From positions 48,583,626 through 48,647,625 of the forward strand of contig CM074516.1 in NCBI GenBank assembly GCA_037379345.1: a stretch of 64,000 nt of DNA, given 5' to 3'. Each line of letters starts with the position of its first letter. Position 1 is the first letter of the stretch. This document shows positions 40,698-54,200 of the stretch, piece by piece. The DNA is from Perna viridis (Eukaryota). The position numbers and the translations under genes are program-made. Below the pieces are notes generated by a model, which saw nothing but the letters and a program-made list of their open reading frames with translations, was not told where the DNA came from and made no database searches.

Positions 40698-41273
40698 CAT
40701 AATTTACAAGTAACTATTAGCTAGAGTATATTGTTTTTATCTGTTTTGATACATTCTGGAATTGGTGCACTGAAACCCTCAGGCTTCTTCCGAGTCATAA
40801 CCCAACACATCTTAACTCATTTTATATTTAAAAAAAAAAAGGTTTCACATGAATCAACAATGCAAAGCACAAATTTAATTGATTTTTTCCTAAATGACTA
40901 ATTCATTAAGCGAGTTAATTCAAGCCTAAAGCATATTGGAGTATAAAGGGAGACCACCAACTAGCAACCTTGATGTTAATTTCTGACATCTGACTACCAC
41001 AGGGTCAAACAGGTGACAAACTACGGAGACACACCCTGTTCTCAGTACAATCTGACAGAAAGAGGAAGTCATTCAATGGATACCAACATAATCTTAAAAA
41101 ATGTCCACATTTCAAAACTGTCCTTAAATGTCAGAGGCTAAGGTCAGGGTACATTTAAATGGTCAATTCTTAAATGATTTGTTATTTTAAGCATAAATTT
41201 TCTATCAATTTGTTCCATACAATATCGTTACCTGGAGGTCAGAGTAAGTCAAGTAAAGGTATAGAATTGTAAA

Positions 41274-41582
41274 AGCATGGCTACTTGATGTGTAAGGGCA
41301 TAGCTAATTGACGTGTAGTTGTGTGGGTACCTGAAGTGTAGGTACATGGCTACTTGAAGTGTAGGGGCATGGCCACCTGAGGTGTAGGGGCATGGCTACC
41401 GAAGGTGTAAGAGCATGACTACGTGAGGTGTAGAGGCATGCCTACCTGAGGTGTCTGGGCATGGCTTCTTGAGGTGTAGGGGCATGGCTACCTGAGGTGT
41501 TGGGGCCTGGCTACCTGAGGTGAAGGGGCATCGCCACTTTAGGTGTAGGTGCATGACTACCTTAGGTGCATGGCTACCTGAA
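41274..41582. repeat. Degenerate minisatellite, 24-bp unit GGCATGGCTACCTGAGGTGTAGGG x~13
   Basis: Read directly; many substitutions between copies. Confidence 0.9.
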
Positions 41583-43159
41583 TGGATGCCTACAAATTAC
41601 TACTAAAACCTCATTATACTTCAATCGATCATTTCAAATTTACAAATATGGTTGCATGTTTTGTTTTTTTTTTTTGTTTTTGATCAAATAACTTTTTTTT
41701 TAATGTAGAAACCAATTATGGTTATTAAACTCTAACCAGAGCCACACAAATGTTACAAAAGTTTCCACAATTCAGCAGTCAAAACATTACACATGTAAAC
41801 CTAATGTGTCTACTACTACTCCTATCAAAACATTAGAGATATTTATACCCCGTCAATCCATAGATCTCAACAACAAAACCTCCAAAACAATGGTCTGTAT
41901 AGATTAGCTGATTCCCAATTGTTTTGGATCTGATCCGAGAACAACCGATGGTTACATCTGTAAGACCAGATAACATCGCCATTTTTCTATTTTCAAGCTT
42001 GTCTCCATTGTTTGGTAGAAGTTGGTGACATAATTTTTAAATGTACTGTAGGAATGGCTATAGAAACAGGATTGATTATTAATATCCAGTGGAAATAAAT
42101 CACAATACATCATGATGGATAGTGGATCAGCTCGTTCTCAGATTCTTCAATACATTTCAGTATAGGAAATAGATGTTTAAAACACAAAAGTCAGCCATAG
42201 TCAAACCACATTTGATACAAAAGTCACTACATTTCTGAAAATTTGTCTTCTCAAAAATTCAGAAAAGTGAGATCATTTTATGCACAGTAAAAATCACAGA
42301 AGTCTTCACAAAATAATCTTTAAAATATTCATAATATCCATTTATTAGAAGTTTAGGAAAAAAATGATACATAAGACCCAGTACCAAAATTTGAAAGTTA
42401 GAAAGATTGCTGAATTTGAATTCTCTTCTGAACTGGAAAATATATGAACCATGACTGCACCCTATAAACACAATGATGATGATAGTAAGTCTTATATAAT
42501 TATACCAACAGTTTAAAGAAAAATTTTATTGCATTAGAGAGAGCAGGGAGTCCAAAGAAATAAATAATTCAGAAATTGTCAGAGAGGTATGGCATAATGT
42601 CTTCCACCTGTCTCACTGTAATGGACCTTAATTACTGTTCTGTAATATCTTTATAACTTTGTCGTCTCCAAACTCTAACCATGCACTATATAGCGTACTA
42701 TCAAATCTGCTCCAATTGACAAATGATATAAATGATGAGCAGAGGGCAGTTAGTTCAGATCCACCCCAGTGTATCTGCAAGTCACAGGATTACAGGTTTC
42801 TGGTTTCCAATCGGAACATTTTACAATGTAATACAACATAAATTACATGTATTATAAGAAGTGTAACACTCTATAGGAAGAAAGCCTGTGTTTTCTGCCC
42901 TCTATAAAACCTGAACCCCATAATATTGACGGTGATACGATGAGACGGACCAATGAAGATCTACTATAAATCTATTCACACATTGTATGGGGATACAGCA
43001 ACAAATTGTAGGGCTATAAAACCACAATTAAATGGTCTCACCATCAAACCACTGAATACTAAACTTTTGATAATTGTAGCGAGTGATTTGTATGGAGTGA
43101 CCAGGCATGTTGTGGGTCAACGGACAATCAGACCTCGGACTCAATCAAGTGCACTTTAT

Positions 43160-44347
43160 GATATATAAATCAGTATGTCAGAGTATCACATACAGTTAAG
43201 ACCTACATCACAGGTGCCAAGGGAAATTCCTGTTCAACAGTGAAAATAAAGATCCACTGTTTTGTAAATGTAAACACAGAATATCTGTATCCTGGGAAAA
43301 TGAAACAAAACCCACAACTAGAAATGTTTTAATGTAACTTATACAGTGTCCATTTTTAAATTAGTCATTTAAATTAGTAACATATTGTAAACATGGTTGA
43401 TTAGGTGTATAAAACAGTGTGTTTTGTTGACAATTCTGAATATGTCTATCAGAGAAAAAAATGTGAAGGTTTTATTATTAATTAGCTTAGTAAACCTTTA
43501 AAATGGACACCAATGAGAAACCAATTTATTCACTCAAATATGACATTAAAAATATTTAGTCTATTTGCAACATTTTAATATACTTTCAATTTTGAAGAAT
43601 TAAAGAAGTCACAATCGAACCTTGAAGTATGTATATTTACCGATTACAAATGAAATTACAGTTGTAAGGATAAGACTATTTCTAAGATTATTATATGAAT
43701 TTAATCTTTTACATAAAGTTGGGATATTAGATGTGAAAACCAAATTTAACTATGGTGCATTAAAAGCACATACAGCTAGACCCTAGTTTTCAAAAGTCCA
43801 GTAAGTATTGTTCTTGCTGTCATTCTGCAAGTGCCATGTGCCAGAGTGTCACTCATAAAAAATACCAAAACCTAGGGTCAACTTACAAAATGTATCATAG
43901 ACAAATTGTAGCGTACACCATTCAACCGTGGTTTATGATGAAGCCATTCACAGCATTTCTCCCTGATTAAGTACCCAGTGTTCCGAGGATTGATTCCATT
44001 CAGACCAGTGTTGGTAGTCTTACAGTGTATACTGAAATATTGTGTTATATGATCCAACATCCATTGTTTTATAAAAAAAAAAAAAATACAGTGTAGCAAT
44101 AAATTGTAAGCACTTGATACACAGTGTAAACTTACATTTATATGAATTTAGACACCAATAAGGTGTGGAAATAACAAAAAAAAACAAAAAAAAAACGAAG
44201 CCCAACAATTTTAGCTGTATTAGCATACCCTTACACTAAAGTGTTTTCAGGATAACTTTATTTTCACTGTTGAACAGGAATTTCCCTTGGCACCTGTGAT
44301 GTAGGTCTTAACTGTATGTGATACTCTGACATACTGATTTATATATC
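43160..44347. repeat. Perfect 92-bp inverted repeat pair (43160-43251 and 44256-44347) around a ~1.0-kb spacer
   Basis: By manual comparison the second arm is the exact reverse complement of GATATATAAATCAGTATG...CAGTGAAAATAAAG. Confidence 0.95.
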
Positions 44348-47300
44348 TGAATGTTCTTGTTTATTTTTTGAAGAGACCTTTCCCAACAGTCATCTACCTA
44401 TATTAATGGTAACTTATATTTAAAGTTTAAGAAACAGCTCTGATTCCTAGCTATTGTTTGTTTTACCATTCTAAACTGAGTAAAATCCATGTGGTAAAAT
44501 CAAAGGAATGCTTTCACTTCCAGTTTTGATTGGAACAGTAATAACTTCTCAATATAAAAAGTAATACTACCAAGAAATATGATCAACTTATGTCACAATG
44601 TAGCCAAGCCAAAACTGTAAAAAAAAATGAAAGGTATACAATTAAAGGAAATAAACTTTTTTCCAAAAAAAAAAGAAAAAAAACTCAAGTACACAGGTAA
44701 AGGCTATACCAAACTAGAGGACATGTTATACAGATCTTTATATTCCAATGAATTCAACACAAGTTTGATAATGTCAACTCCTTATCTTAATATGAACTTC
44801 AAAAATGTTAACAAACACACTATAAATGGTATAGAGAATGGTTATATTGTATTAGGCCACCTACAAACCTGTCATAACTACAGATTCATTTTTGATTATA
44901 TACATTACTCATTCAAAAGGCCATGAACATTACTACTTCTCTAATCTTTTTAATGGTTTATTCAAACTTTTTATCTAATAATCTTAATTCAAGAATTTTT
45001 CTAATGTGAGCAAAATTATGCAAAATAAATATGGTTGGTCAACAGCCTATGCAAAACTTTATCTCCAGTTAAAAGTACTTGAAACTGTAGACCCAATGTA
45101 AAGAATTGTTGTTCTGACCTCATTTGGTCCAGTAAGAATAAAAATTTCATTGGATCAAATGTCCAGTATACTTGACCATAAAATAATATTAAAATAACCT
45201 TATTCTTCTATGTGATAGAAGTATAATCTTTTGGTCTGGGGGTATTATAAAATTATGTGGAAAATTTTATGACAGTCCTGACATATAACAAATCAAAACT
45301 CCTCACTAATAAGTTCAAAAATTGTTTTGTTCAAATGTCTAAATAGTTGTTGAATTAACACAGTAAAACATACTCTGAACAGAATAATTCACACTTAAAG
45401 ATCATAAGTTTTCAGTAGGTCCTTTGACATGTATATAAACAGATCGGACCATGGTAAATTGGTGAAAAATTTGTAATTTACCTACTGCATTGAGTAATTA
45501 GCATACCATACTAGGCGACTAATGGAACATGATAGCCTCTGAAACAGGAAAGGATTTCAACCCTGACAAAATTAGTAATTGTGGTTTGTTAAAATGCCTG
45601 GGAAAAGACAAAATAAAGAATTTGAAAGGAAGCAGAAATTCTGGTTCATTGGGTTTGTGTACCAACAAATAATTGTCAAAACACTGAATGAATACTTCTT
45701 TGATTCAAAAATGTGTCCATATATTAAAGTATAGCAATTCTTAAAATATGACCTGTTTGACAACAAAATTTTTAGTGAGTATTCAAGAACAATATAAAAT
45801 TTAAGAAAAAATAAAAAGTTACAAATGGTCCATTGAAGTTCAGATATGAACTAATTGACTAAACATATTGACCAAATACCAACATTCCAACAATGTATTT
45901 ATCTTCTACAATTTTTGTCTGTTTTGAAAAGCTCTCATACTCTGTAGAATGGCATACTTTATATCTTTTACTACTATTTAAAAACAAGAAGAAAATGGAT
46001 GCAAAACAAACGATCCAATACATTATTTTTTACTCATGGACCTCATTTTTAGAGTAATTGACTCTTAATAAATACCACCTCATTGAGAAACCCCTATAAA
46101 AGCCCTGATATGCAAGATAAAACTCCACTTATAATCAATAAAACAGATAATATAGCCATTTCATGCATTACATTGAGCTAAGTGGTGTTTTTCAGTTGCC
46201 GTTTAGTGAACCGTGAAGTCAACTCCGCCCCTGTTATCGAAAATGAAAGGGAAGATGACAATGGCTTTGTAATTATAACAAATGGGAAATGATATCCATA
46301 AATTGTATAAATATTCTCCCAAAGGAGTCCAACAGGGTTTAATAATGACAATGTATAAATTGTCAAAACAAAATTTGTCTACTTATTCATTCAATACTTC
46401 ACATGGTTGTTCCTGTAATCCTAGCATTATAATATGAACAAGATTATAAAGTATGTTTATCTGTATTACATATATATAAGACAGAAGCAATGTTTACATC
46501 ATCTTTACTTTCCACAATAAAATATATTTTGAGATTTGTAATTTAGTATTTAATTTCTTTGTCTTATAACTATAAGTAATTTACATATTTCTTATATTTC
46601 CAGGTGTTGGAGACAAATAAATACATTTTTGATGAAATTGACTTCATTTCTGGGCCAAGGTGTCTACAAATAGCTCTTTCTTACAATGAAATCTTGGCAG
46701 TAATCATTGTAATAAGTAGATTGGATGTTGACAACCTTCAAAGCCTTCTTGTTGAGTAATTGCACCATAGATCTGTCATAAAACCTAATATAAACTGTCT
46801 TAATCATTACAGTATGTTCATTTTGAAAATTACTTTTTGTTCACACTTAATTAGCTGATCTTCTTCCTTTATGTAAAAGCTACTCAAATAAAAATGACCT
46901 TGTCTCTGTTAAAAGGGGGAGGTTCCATTAGGGGTATAAAGAAATCTGTAGTGGTTTACTTTAATTATTCAATTGTCATAATTCAAATTTCAATGTGCTA
47001 CACTTTTTGTCAAATTTTGCCAAAAGACAAAATTTTCCAATTCTCCAATTTCCACCTGGAAATTAAAAAGGCCTTAGACACCACCTAGATATTACCTGCC
47101 TTCTGACAGAGGGCAAATTAGACCAACACAATACTAGGATCTATAATTATGGTCAAATTAGCCCACTTCATTGTAAAATAATAATACGTTCCAATAGACA
47201 ATGTGTATTTATACCTTGATTCCATATTGTACGACAGATGGACCATCGGCACCAAGAAATCACCAACAATCAATGTCAAATTTACCCAACGACTTATAAA

Positions 47301-47467
47301 TCTTCAATGAGAGTCACTTCTTATAATTAAAATTCTTCTTTCCTAATCTACTGGCAGACAGATATCATTTCTCCACCATATTGTTTATGCCAAAGAACAA
47401 CTTGTTAACATATTGGGTTTTCTGGTCTTTGGGAAAAGACTTTGAATTAACACTAACCACAAATGGG

Positions 47468-47630
47468 ATGTAAGGAAGGCTAACCTAAAAAGTTGTACTG
47501 ACACCCGGAAAGTATGTAAGGGAGGTTAACCTAAAAAGTTGTACTGGCCCCAGGAAAAGATGTAAGGAAGGTCAACCTAAAAAGTTGCACTGACACAAGG
47601 AAAAGATGTAAGGAAGGTCAACCTAAAAAA
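47468..47630. repeat. Tandem repeat, ~46-bp unit x3.5
   Basis: ATGTAAGGAAGGTYAACCTAAAAAGTTGTACTG...GGAAAAG copies. Confidence 0.88.
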
Positions 47631-50600
47631 TAGCATTGGCATCAGAAACATTATGATGACTGCACCACCAATAAACAGTTTTTATTTGAATGGTAAACCT
47701 GAAATAATTTCTTCCCTTGAGTTTACTTATAACAAACTTTCTTATTATGCAACAGACACAAAATGTAGAATAAATACATTCCACATAAATTCAATACTAA
47801 AGCTATCCTTTTTTCAATTTCTTTGTCAACATATTTTGTGTGAAAGACCTGGAAAAAGATCTTTTGTAAACTGTAACAAATTTGTACAAGATAAATATTT
47901 TTGTCTATTGTTTGACCTCTATCTGGTAATCAACTCCACGTTTAATCTAATTACATTCTTGTCCCTATTGTAAAAATACACAAGCATTACTAGAAAGGAA
48001 GCCAGTCTACACTACTCCGACTACGACAGATATTCATTCCATTTAATTGAAATATCACAATGAAATATCTGATTTTATACAAATTATCTCATACATTTTA
48101 ATTTTGTAGTAAAAAGTCTCAATTCAGATCTTTATCATTTTCATTAGTCCCATCGAAATCAATTTCATATCTGCACTGTCCAAACATTTGTGAATGTTTG
48201 TTAATATTTTGTTAAATTTTTGGGATATTTTTGTGGACTTGTTAACTTAATTAATATCGGTAACAATTCAAAAATCTTCCATGGCAATTTAATTTTTTCA
48301 CTCCATTCAAGTTGTCTGGGTCTTGTTGTAATATTTGACTATTTGTATTGTTTATTTCATGAGATTTTTCATCATGGTAACCATATTCACTTAATTTCCA
48401 ACTTAACATTTTGGTCCTTTTTCTATACAGAAAGGAGACATTATTCTCTTAATTTCCATTTTTAGTTGATGAAAAACTAGCAACACAAAAACAGCTATTA
48501 CACAAAGATGTAATAATAATTACTACAAATTATAATGATATTAAAAATTAAATTGATTAAAAACAAAAAATGAATATTATGCATTTATCATTGACTTTTC
48601 TAGCTCTACCAATAATTAACCAAAATATTATTATTCTATTATAGATTTGGGCTAAACGCCCCTTTTACTTAGCTCTGCCATCCAGCACCACAAAACCTGT
48701 CTTTTGTATTGGCTCTTATCACTTGAATTATGGTAAAAGTTGATCTTTTGATCCAGGACAACATATTAATAGCATGTTATGTTAGATGAGGTGAAGTCAA
48801 TGATAATTCTAGAAGACAGAAATGCCCCGAAAACATATTCTCTTGCTCTTAATTATACTACAACCATATGCCACCAATCACCTTTGGTTTTTTTTTTCAT
48901 GTTCAATGGGGGAAACAAATGAAATGTGATGTTTTATGGCCTAATACAGATGAATTAATTTAGGTTATTGTGATTTCTATAGTCAATAAATTCTTGGCTC
49001 ATATAATTTTATTACTATAGAAATCAACCTTTCCCATTTCACTATATGAAGCTGATTTGACTTCAAAAATACAAAGGTAAATTCACTGCAAGTTACAACT
49101 AATTAACTTTAATGGTAATTACAGAAAGAGAATGTTCAAAGTCAAACCAATCTTAAATAAACATAGCAATAATTACAGTGAACGAAGGAGGATGAAAATG
49201 CTTGATCAAGCAGAAATAAAGATAGATGTCAAAAATGTTTAAATCCGTAGAACTAGGTGGTGAATGTGGAATTTAACCATTAAACCTTATATATAAAATC
49301 TTGTTGAATCATTAAATTTAAAAATAATTGCCAACAATATAAACTGTGTACACCTTAGAAAGATAGGCAGTTTTTTTAAATTATACGTAAAATTTAATAA
49401 TAAAATAAATAAATACATAAATATTATATAAATATAGATCAATTCAAAATAAATATTTATGAAAATAAAAAATTCAAACATTCTTAAACTGAAAAAAAAT
49501 GGACAATCATTTTTAATCGTAATGGATTAGTTTAAATACTTCAATAAAAATTAAAGAAAATTATATACCAGAGGATCTGTGTCTTGTTTTATTTCATCTA
49601 AATACGAACAAAGACTGCCAAAGTAATTTTATGTTAGTTTGTTTTTATTCTAAAGCCTTCACAATGGAAACATAATTCACTATTAAAGACAATGATACAA
49701 ATTTAAAGCAATTACGACAATTATTCTGGCAAGAGAAATTTCAAATTTCCTGTCAGTTCCTTCATCTATCAGATTCACAGAGTTGATGGCCTAAAAGTGT
49801 GTTTAACATCCGTGCCTTGGTCGCAGGGTATTCAGTGATCTCTTTAGAATGACATATTTATGTTTTATGATCCAGTGCATGCTTATAAAATAGATCATGT
49901 GTTGTTCATTTTTTGGGCTCACAAAAATACAAAAATAATTTATAACAAAATTCAATACTAGATGCAATAAGAACAAAATTGTTGTTAACTTGCATACAGG
50001 AAGAAAAAAGAAATTTTCTCTTAAAATATTTTTAAAACATTTCATTAAGAAATTCTCTGGTTTATTGCAAGGGGAAGGAAAAATTACTTATATAAAAATT
50101 GTTTGTTTGTTTGTTTTTTTTTTAATTAATAATCATAGTAATGAATATTTTTATTCTTGAGTTTTCAGTATAGTAACTGATATAAACATAATATATTTTA
50201 TTTTCATTATGTTTTAAAAAAATATTATTAACAAGAAAAGGCAGATGAATTTTTTTTCATTTAAGAAATATAAAAATAAAATCTTAAGTGCAGAATTAAC
50301 CACAGTCCTAACAAACTCAAAAGATGTATTTATAAAATCTAAAATAAAACACATTCAGACCAGTGCTATAAACTGTGTAACCATTCAGATTATAATCAAC
50401 AGAACAAATATCCCCAGTGTTCAGACTTGAATTTTAACTTCAAATGATAATTTTATCAGATTTGAAACAGTATAAGTTACATTTAAATTCTGATTTTAAA
50501 TATTACCAACCTGAATATTTGCCAAATTTAAAGGATGCACACAAAAAAAAATTGTGTCAAAAAAAATATTATACCATATAAATGCATAAAACAATTTATA

Positions 50601-50681
50601 AACAATTAAAGAAGCCTATGTTATCACTTACGAAATAAAAAACCAACAGAAGTCGGCGAACAAGTAAATCCTATGGCTTAC

Positions 50682-50746
50682 CTTTTGACAGTTCGCCTCC
50701 TGCGCTTCGTGGCATACATAGTTTTTATGACCCAATCGTCAACCAT
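50682..50746 (-). CDS. AHR: AHR coding exon 1 (MVDDWVIKTMYATKRRRRTVK; basic region/NLS)
   Basis: ATG at 50746 is immediately preceded by an in-frame TGA. 65 nt, donor AG|GTAAGC, phase 2 matches exon 2. YATKRRRR corresponds to the AHR N-terminal basic motif (vertebrate YASRKRRK). Confidence 0.93.
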
Positions 50747-51260
50747 TCAGACGCTATAACTTCACTCACGATTTCCGCACATCCAAAGAAGTACGACATA
50801 CAACTAATTCAAACATTCCAAAAAATATTGCACTTGAGTAAAACTTATGAATGAAAACTTCCGTCTATGTAACGCTCATGATGTTAATTGTTGTTTGGGT
50901 ATTCATCAGTATGTTTAAATTAATCGTTGTGATTTGACGCAGACGGAACTGACTAGTCATGCGAAGGCCGATTTCGGTCAATTTTGAAAATTACGGACTA
51001 ACATTATATTAGTGTTATCGTGAAAATGCATACATTAAGAGTTAAAAACTACAACAATCATGACAATGATGTTCTGACACTCTGGACTTATTTTTCTGTC
51101 CAATTCCATGTTAACTACTTTCAGCCACGCGACCTGTCACGGAACAAATTAGCTCCTCCCACTGACATAAACTCCTCCCATTTCATCAATTACTACCAAT
51201 AGAAAGTCACAGAAGTGTGAACTATATAACAGGTAAGAATTATCCAGGTGAGTCCAATCC
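50747..51260 (-). promoter_or_regulatory. Putative AHR 5' UTR and proximal promoter
   Basis: Locally CpG-rich compared with the flanks. Contains TCGCGTG (XRE consensus, minus strand, 51126-51132), two CTCCTCCCA boxes (~51153-51180), CCAAT (51196-51200) and TATATAA (51223-51229). The TSS cannot be determined from sequence. Confidence 0.45.
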
Positions 51261-54200
51261 CCTTGTTATCTGATTCAATATGGTTTTATCACCATCGGTA
51301 CCTCAAATGACAAATTCTTTGACAAAAACTACAGAATACATTAATTCACTTGTAATTAATGATTTTTTGGGGATATCACAAGCAATCTATAAAAACTTCT
51401 GATTTTCTGATAATAATTTATGATACCAACTGTCATTCATTTCATAAATTTTGAAAAAAAGAAGATTAAGACTTTTGAGAACTTTAGTCAGGATTAGGGA
51501 AATTGGAGAAAAAATATATTATCTTTTGAAATATGAGGACAATAACTTATGATTGAATTACAATAATGTCTCTTAAAAAGATTTTCACTTTTTTATGAGC
51601 AAGTCTCTCAATCCAAAGCTCCATGGTAAAACATCAACAGTTCATGTAATACTACATTACATGGAGATAGCACTTCAAAATAATGCAGGAAAAAATGTGG
51701 ATCAGAATGGGATCTGTACCATAAAGATTACTATGATTAAGATAACTCCTATAAATGCCATGTTAATTTTTCAAGACTCACATGTATCTATTACATGAGT
51801 TGCAGACCTACATGTGTCCCTTTATATGACTTTAAGATGAATACTGCAACACTTTACCTGAAAATTAACATGAATTTTACCTGAAGTATTTCATGTGTGA
51901 TGGTGATGTGACAATAGAAAATTAATCCTGGTGTGAATCTTCAATTGAACGTTACCTCTAACTATATCAAGTAGATTACTGCAACCCGCAGCTCACATGG
52001 TCTGAAAACATTAAAAGAAATTCAAATCAAAAAAAAGTTTTTTATTCTAATTTTTTGAAAGTAAATCATAAGTTAGTAAATAAAATGTTTGTTTTCTCAG
52101 GAAAGTCTTAACAAAGTCATTAAAGTCAAAGATCTCTTTTGAAAAAATATAATTCTCAATATATCATTAATGTACTGGACATTTTAAACATATTCACTTT
52201 AATATAGAAAATCATTACACTATAATGAATCTTAAGACTTTTAAAAACACTTTTAACAGCTGATCTTACAGAATATTAGCAAGATTATAGAAAATGTAAA
52301 AAAATATATATACAACTAAACTACTGGTGATGAAACAGTAATTACAGGGTTTGATATTACAGGGTTTGATATTATTACATGTTGTCATTTAAACCAAAAA
52401 AAAGTATTCACCAATGATTTGACTTGGTGACGATTTAGGAACAATTAACTATGTCAATGTTCTATAATTATTACACAATAATTACGACACCTCTAGACAA
52501 TGGTAAATCCTCTAGGCTCTCTTTCATCTATGGCAAACTTTGAACACATTGTTCTGTCAGTTTCACAGCTGGACCAATCATCTAACTGCTGTTCATTTAA
52601 TTCTGGCTCTTTCTGAGGTGGAATCACCACATTATACTATAATAACATTATATATTTCATTTGGACTTTTTATACATTCTGATGTATCTGATATCAAGTG
52701 GTTTGATTTCTTACTTTAATAATAAATAACGTCACTGAAAAATCTATCATTTTAAATTTTCTTTTTTATATACATTGTACTTTTCTAAAACTCAAAGTAA
52801 ATTAAACCTCTACCTGTAAATAATCCAGTCCAATCCAAAGTAACAGATTATGGAAAGCAGACATCAGAAAAATAATGAAAGTAAACATTTGCAGTGTCCA
52901 GATAATTACTGTATGGAATACATTGATAAAAAAAAATACATTATCAAACTTCATTTTTGTGCTTTATAAGAGATGGCAATAAGTAAATCAAATGAAACAA
53001 ATATATCATTCAACAGGATCTTAGGAATTAATTTTAAGCTAAAACTAAATAATTTATAATTAAAAAAAATAAATAACTGCGGCTCTAAAGCATTATGAAA
53101 ACCCCTAATTTTATTTTTTTTAGTTTAAAATTCCATCACTGCAAAATCCTAAATAAGAAATAAAGAAGAGACTCCTTCAATGACAAAAAAATATTTCAAA
53201 AATTTACTGAAAACTATAGTATACTTGTGTTAATGATCTAATTAGACAGGGCTCTACAATCTTACCTTAATTTTTACAAACAAATAACCTTCTAAATAAC
53301 ACAAGCATGGTGGTTAAGGGTAAGAGCAGGCTATACCTACAAGTGATAATACTTTCAGCATAAATGCACTTAAGCAACATCATTATTTGCCCAAATTTTG
53401 GCTAACAGTGACAGAATATGACCTTAAGTTACTCAAATGTCTTAAAGGAGTAGTTCAAGAACATTTTCATTTATATGTAAATCTAATCTGATGTCAATTC
53501 TGGCCAATGCAAGTACAATGTAGATGCACATTTAAATGCTTTATTTTTAAGACCCCAAAAAGGCTTCACTTACCATTACCTTTAATTGGCATTTATATCA
53601 TAATGCTACTAGTCTTCATTTACTGGAAATTAACTTTTTCATGTTTTGAATTAATGAAAGAAGCTTCATCTGTCTTCAAGAGAAGTTTACCACAGAATAC
53701 AATAGTCGTAACTTTACATTGCATGCGGTGATTCCTTGGAGACCAACTAAAACTGAAAGCTCAGACTGCATTAGATAAACACCTGACTCTCTTCTATCTA
53801 CTTTATCATATCTATATATTAACTCCTCTTAAAAAATCAAAAGCTGAAGAAATTTTCACCTTATAAATATCACCCTGCTGGGCTAAATAGCTGTGAATAC
53901 TTCACACATTGAAATCAAACAATTTTTTACCTGTTTTTAATTGCAACAGGTAAGAGGATCAAAGGATAAGTTTAATTAGTAGCCTGTGTGTGAGGCACAA
54001 GGCTGGTGGGTTGCCGATCGCAATCAGTAGCTAATGATCAGCGGTCAGTCTACACACCTGACCACTGCCCAATCAGATCATGTCGCTGATAACAACTCAC
54101 ACGGAAATCAAAGTATTACAATATTAAAGATAGTATTATAGTGACTTGAGGTCTCAAAGGAGATGACAAACAGCCTCAATAGGCTATATAGAAATTCATA

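Larger units (their letters stand above)
1..50746 (-). other. AHR: Aryl hydrocarbon receptor gene span (10 coding exons in window; 3' end lies beyond position 1)
   Basis: Manual spliced translation joins 50682-50746, 33529-33716, 12327-12430, 11876-11965, 10008-10143, 9185-9258, 8721-8911, 2298-2404, 1292-1433 and 1-955 into one open frame of 2052 nt (684 codons), all introns GT-AG. AHR-diagnostic motifs: [58 protein letters not shown]. Confidence 0.97.

Noticed and set aside
43252-44255. Autonomous DNA transposon between the 92-bp inverted repeats
   Set aside because: Spacer is ~1 kb with no transposase-like ORF, and no target-site duplication is visible.
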